Positions 63,109 through 64,000 of a stretch of DNA of 64,000 nucleotides are shown in pieces. The DNA is taken from the NCBI RefSeq assembly GCF_964355755.1, contig NC_092675.1, positions 8,985,812-9,049,811 of the forward strand, read 5' to 3'. Position 1 is the stretch's first letter. Each line of letters opens with the position of its first letter. This DNA comes from Antedon mediterranea (Eukaryota > Animalia > Echinodermata). Under the pieces are notes generated by a model that saw only the letters and a list, made by a program, of their open reading frames with translations, did no database searches and was not told the DNA's origin. A program made the position numbers and the translations under genes.

Positions 63109-63488
63109 CACAGCATATAACCAGATAGGCCTACTTCTTAAGGTTGATTAATGGCTAAAATATCTAATCCAAAATCTGTCATTCTTAAATTGTTTTATGA
63201 TGTTAAAGGTCGAGGGGTTGGTAGACTTCATTCTTTTGAAAATATTTTTTTTCTTTTAAATAAACAACTGGTCAATCAGCTAGTAATATTGCAGGTCACC
63301 GGTACTGTCAGTATACAGTTGTTAAATTTTATAATATTGAACATTTTAAACTACATCACATTACACAATCTAAAATGTTTGTTTAAAAAAAAACTTATCT
63401 AGGCTCACTTCTGCACATGCATTTTAATATGTAACATCTTGTATTTTTATGTATGCGTAGAGAATTGTTTAAAATAAACGAAACGAAA
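63109..63488 (+). mobile_element. Probable LINE 3' fragment inserted in the last satellite unit
   Basis: Ends AATAAACGAAACGAAA, after which the satellite motif AAATGTTCAACCCCCTGTGA resumes. Confidence 0.45.
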
Positions 63489-64000
63489 TGTTCAACCCCC
63501 TGTGACGAAATTTAGGTTTACTATGTTAATAATATCTATCGAATCTATCTGATTCGTCACTGTTCTCATCATCCGATTCTGTTGGAAGAATCTCCCTTTC
63601 ACACCAAAGGCCCCAGCAAATCGTTATCGCCAACGCACCATCCGTTATTGTCTTGGGGTTTCGGCAACTCGTAAATCGGCGTTAGTGCGAGCTTCCAGAT
63701 CATGACTTGATAGTTCGATCGTGCGTCGTATATGTTTTATGCAAGCATCTACGCGACGGTGGAAAGTTAGCTAAATCAATGTTTTTTAACACTGATTATC
63801 CGTCTTTTTCCTTGCATTTCCTGCGAAGAAAGTAAAATCTAAGTTCATCGGTACGTACCCGTTGCTTTCGATCGGGATCCATATAAGACAGCGATGTTTT
63901 TTTTATGTTGTTACATTTTGTTTCGTCCATTATTAAGTCCTATTCGATACAGGCAGTGGCAGGAATCGACGAATAACCAATCTCACCAGTTTAGCCACTG

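Noticed and set aside
63501-64000. Possible LTR starting TGTGACG
   Set aside because: No second copy, primer-binding site or target duplication is visible before the window ends.

Overview
AT-rich animal (invertebrate) genomic DNA with four zones. (1) 1-15853: a tandem 5S rDNA array. It holds about 36 full-length but sequence-variant 5S genes in 236/237-bp units, interleaved with a 678-bp block that carries two different 5S pseudogenes and a GC-rich, potentially structured insert. (2) About 15.9-36 kb: decayed nested transposons (LINEs, BEL/Pao, Penelope-like elements with two hammerhead ribozyme motifs, Helitron/Helentron derivatives, MITEs) and a decayed C2H2 zinc-finger fragment. (3) 37169-58307, minus strand: a complete 13-coding-exon furin-like proprotein convertase gene. 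It has a duplicated 77-nt catalytic-domain exon pair (5A/5B) that can only be used mutually exclusively and that changes the residue matching furin D191, plus two homologous alternative last exons (transmembrane versus a short, possibly GPI-type tail). (4) 59-64 kb: nested MITEs at the putative furin promoter and a roughly 187-bp satellite. All calls are by eye, with no database searches run.
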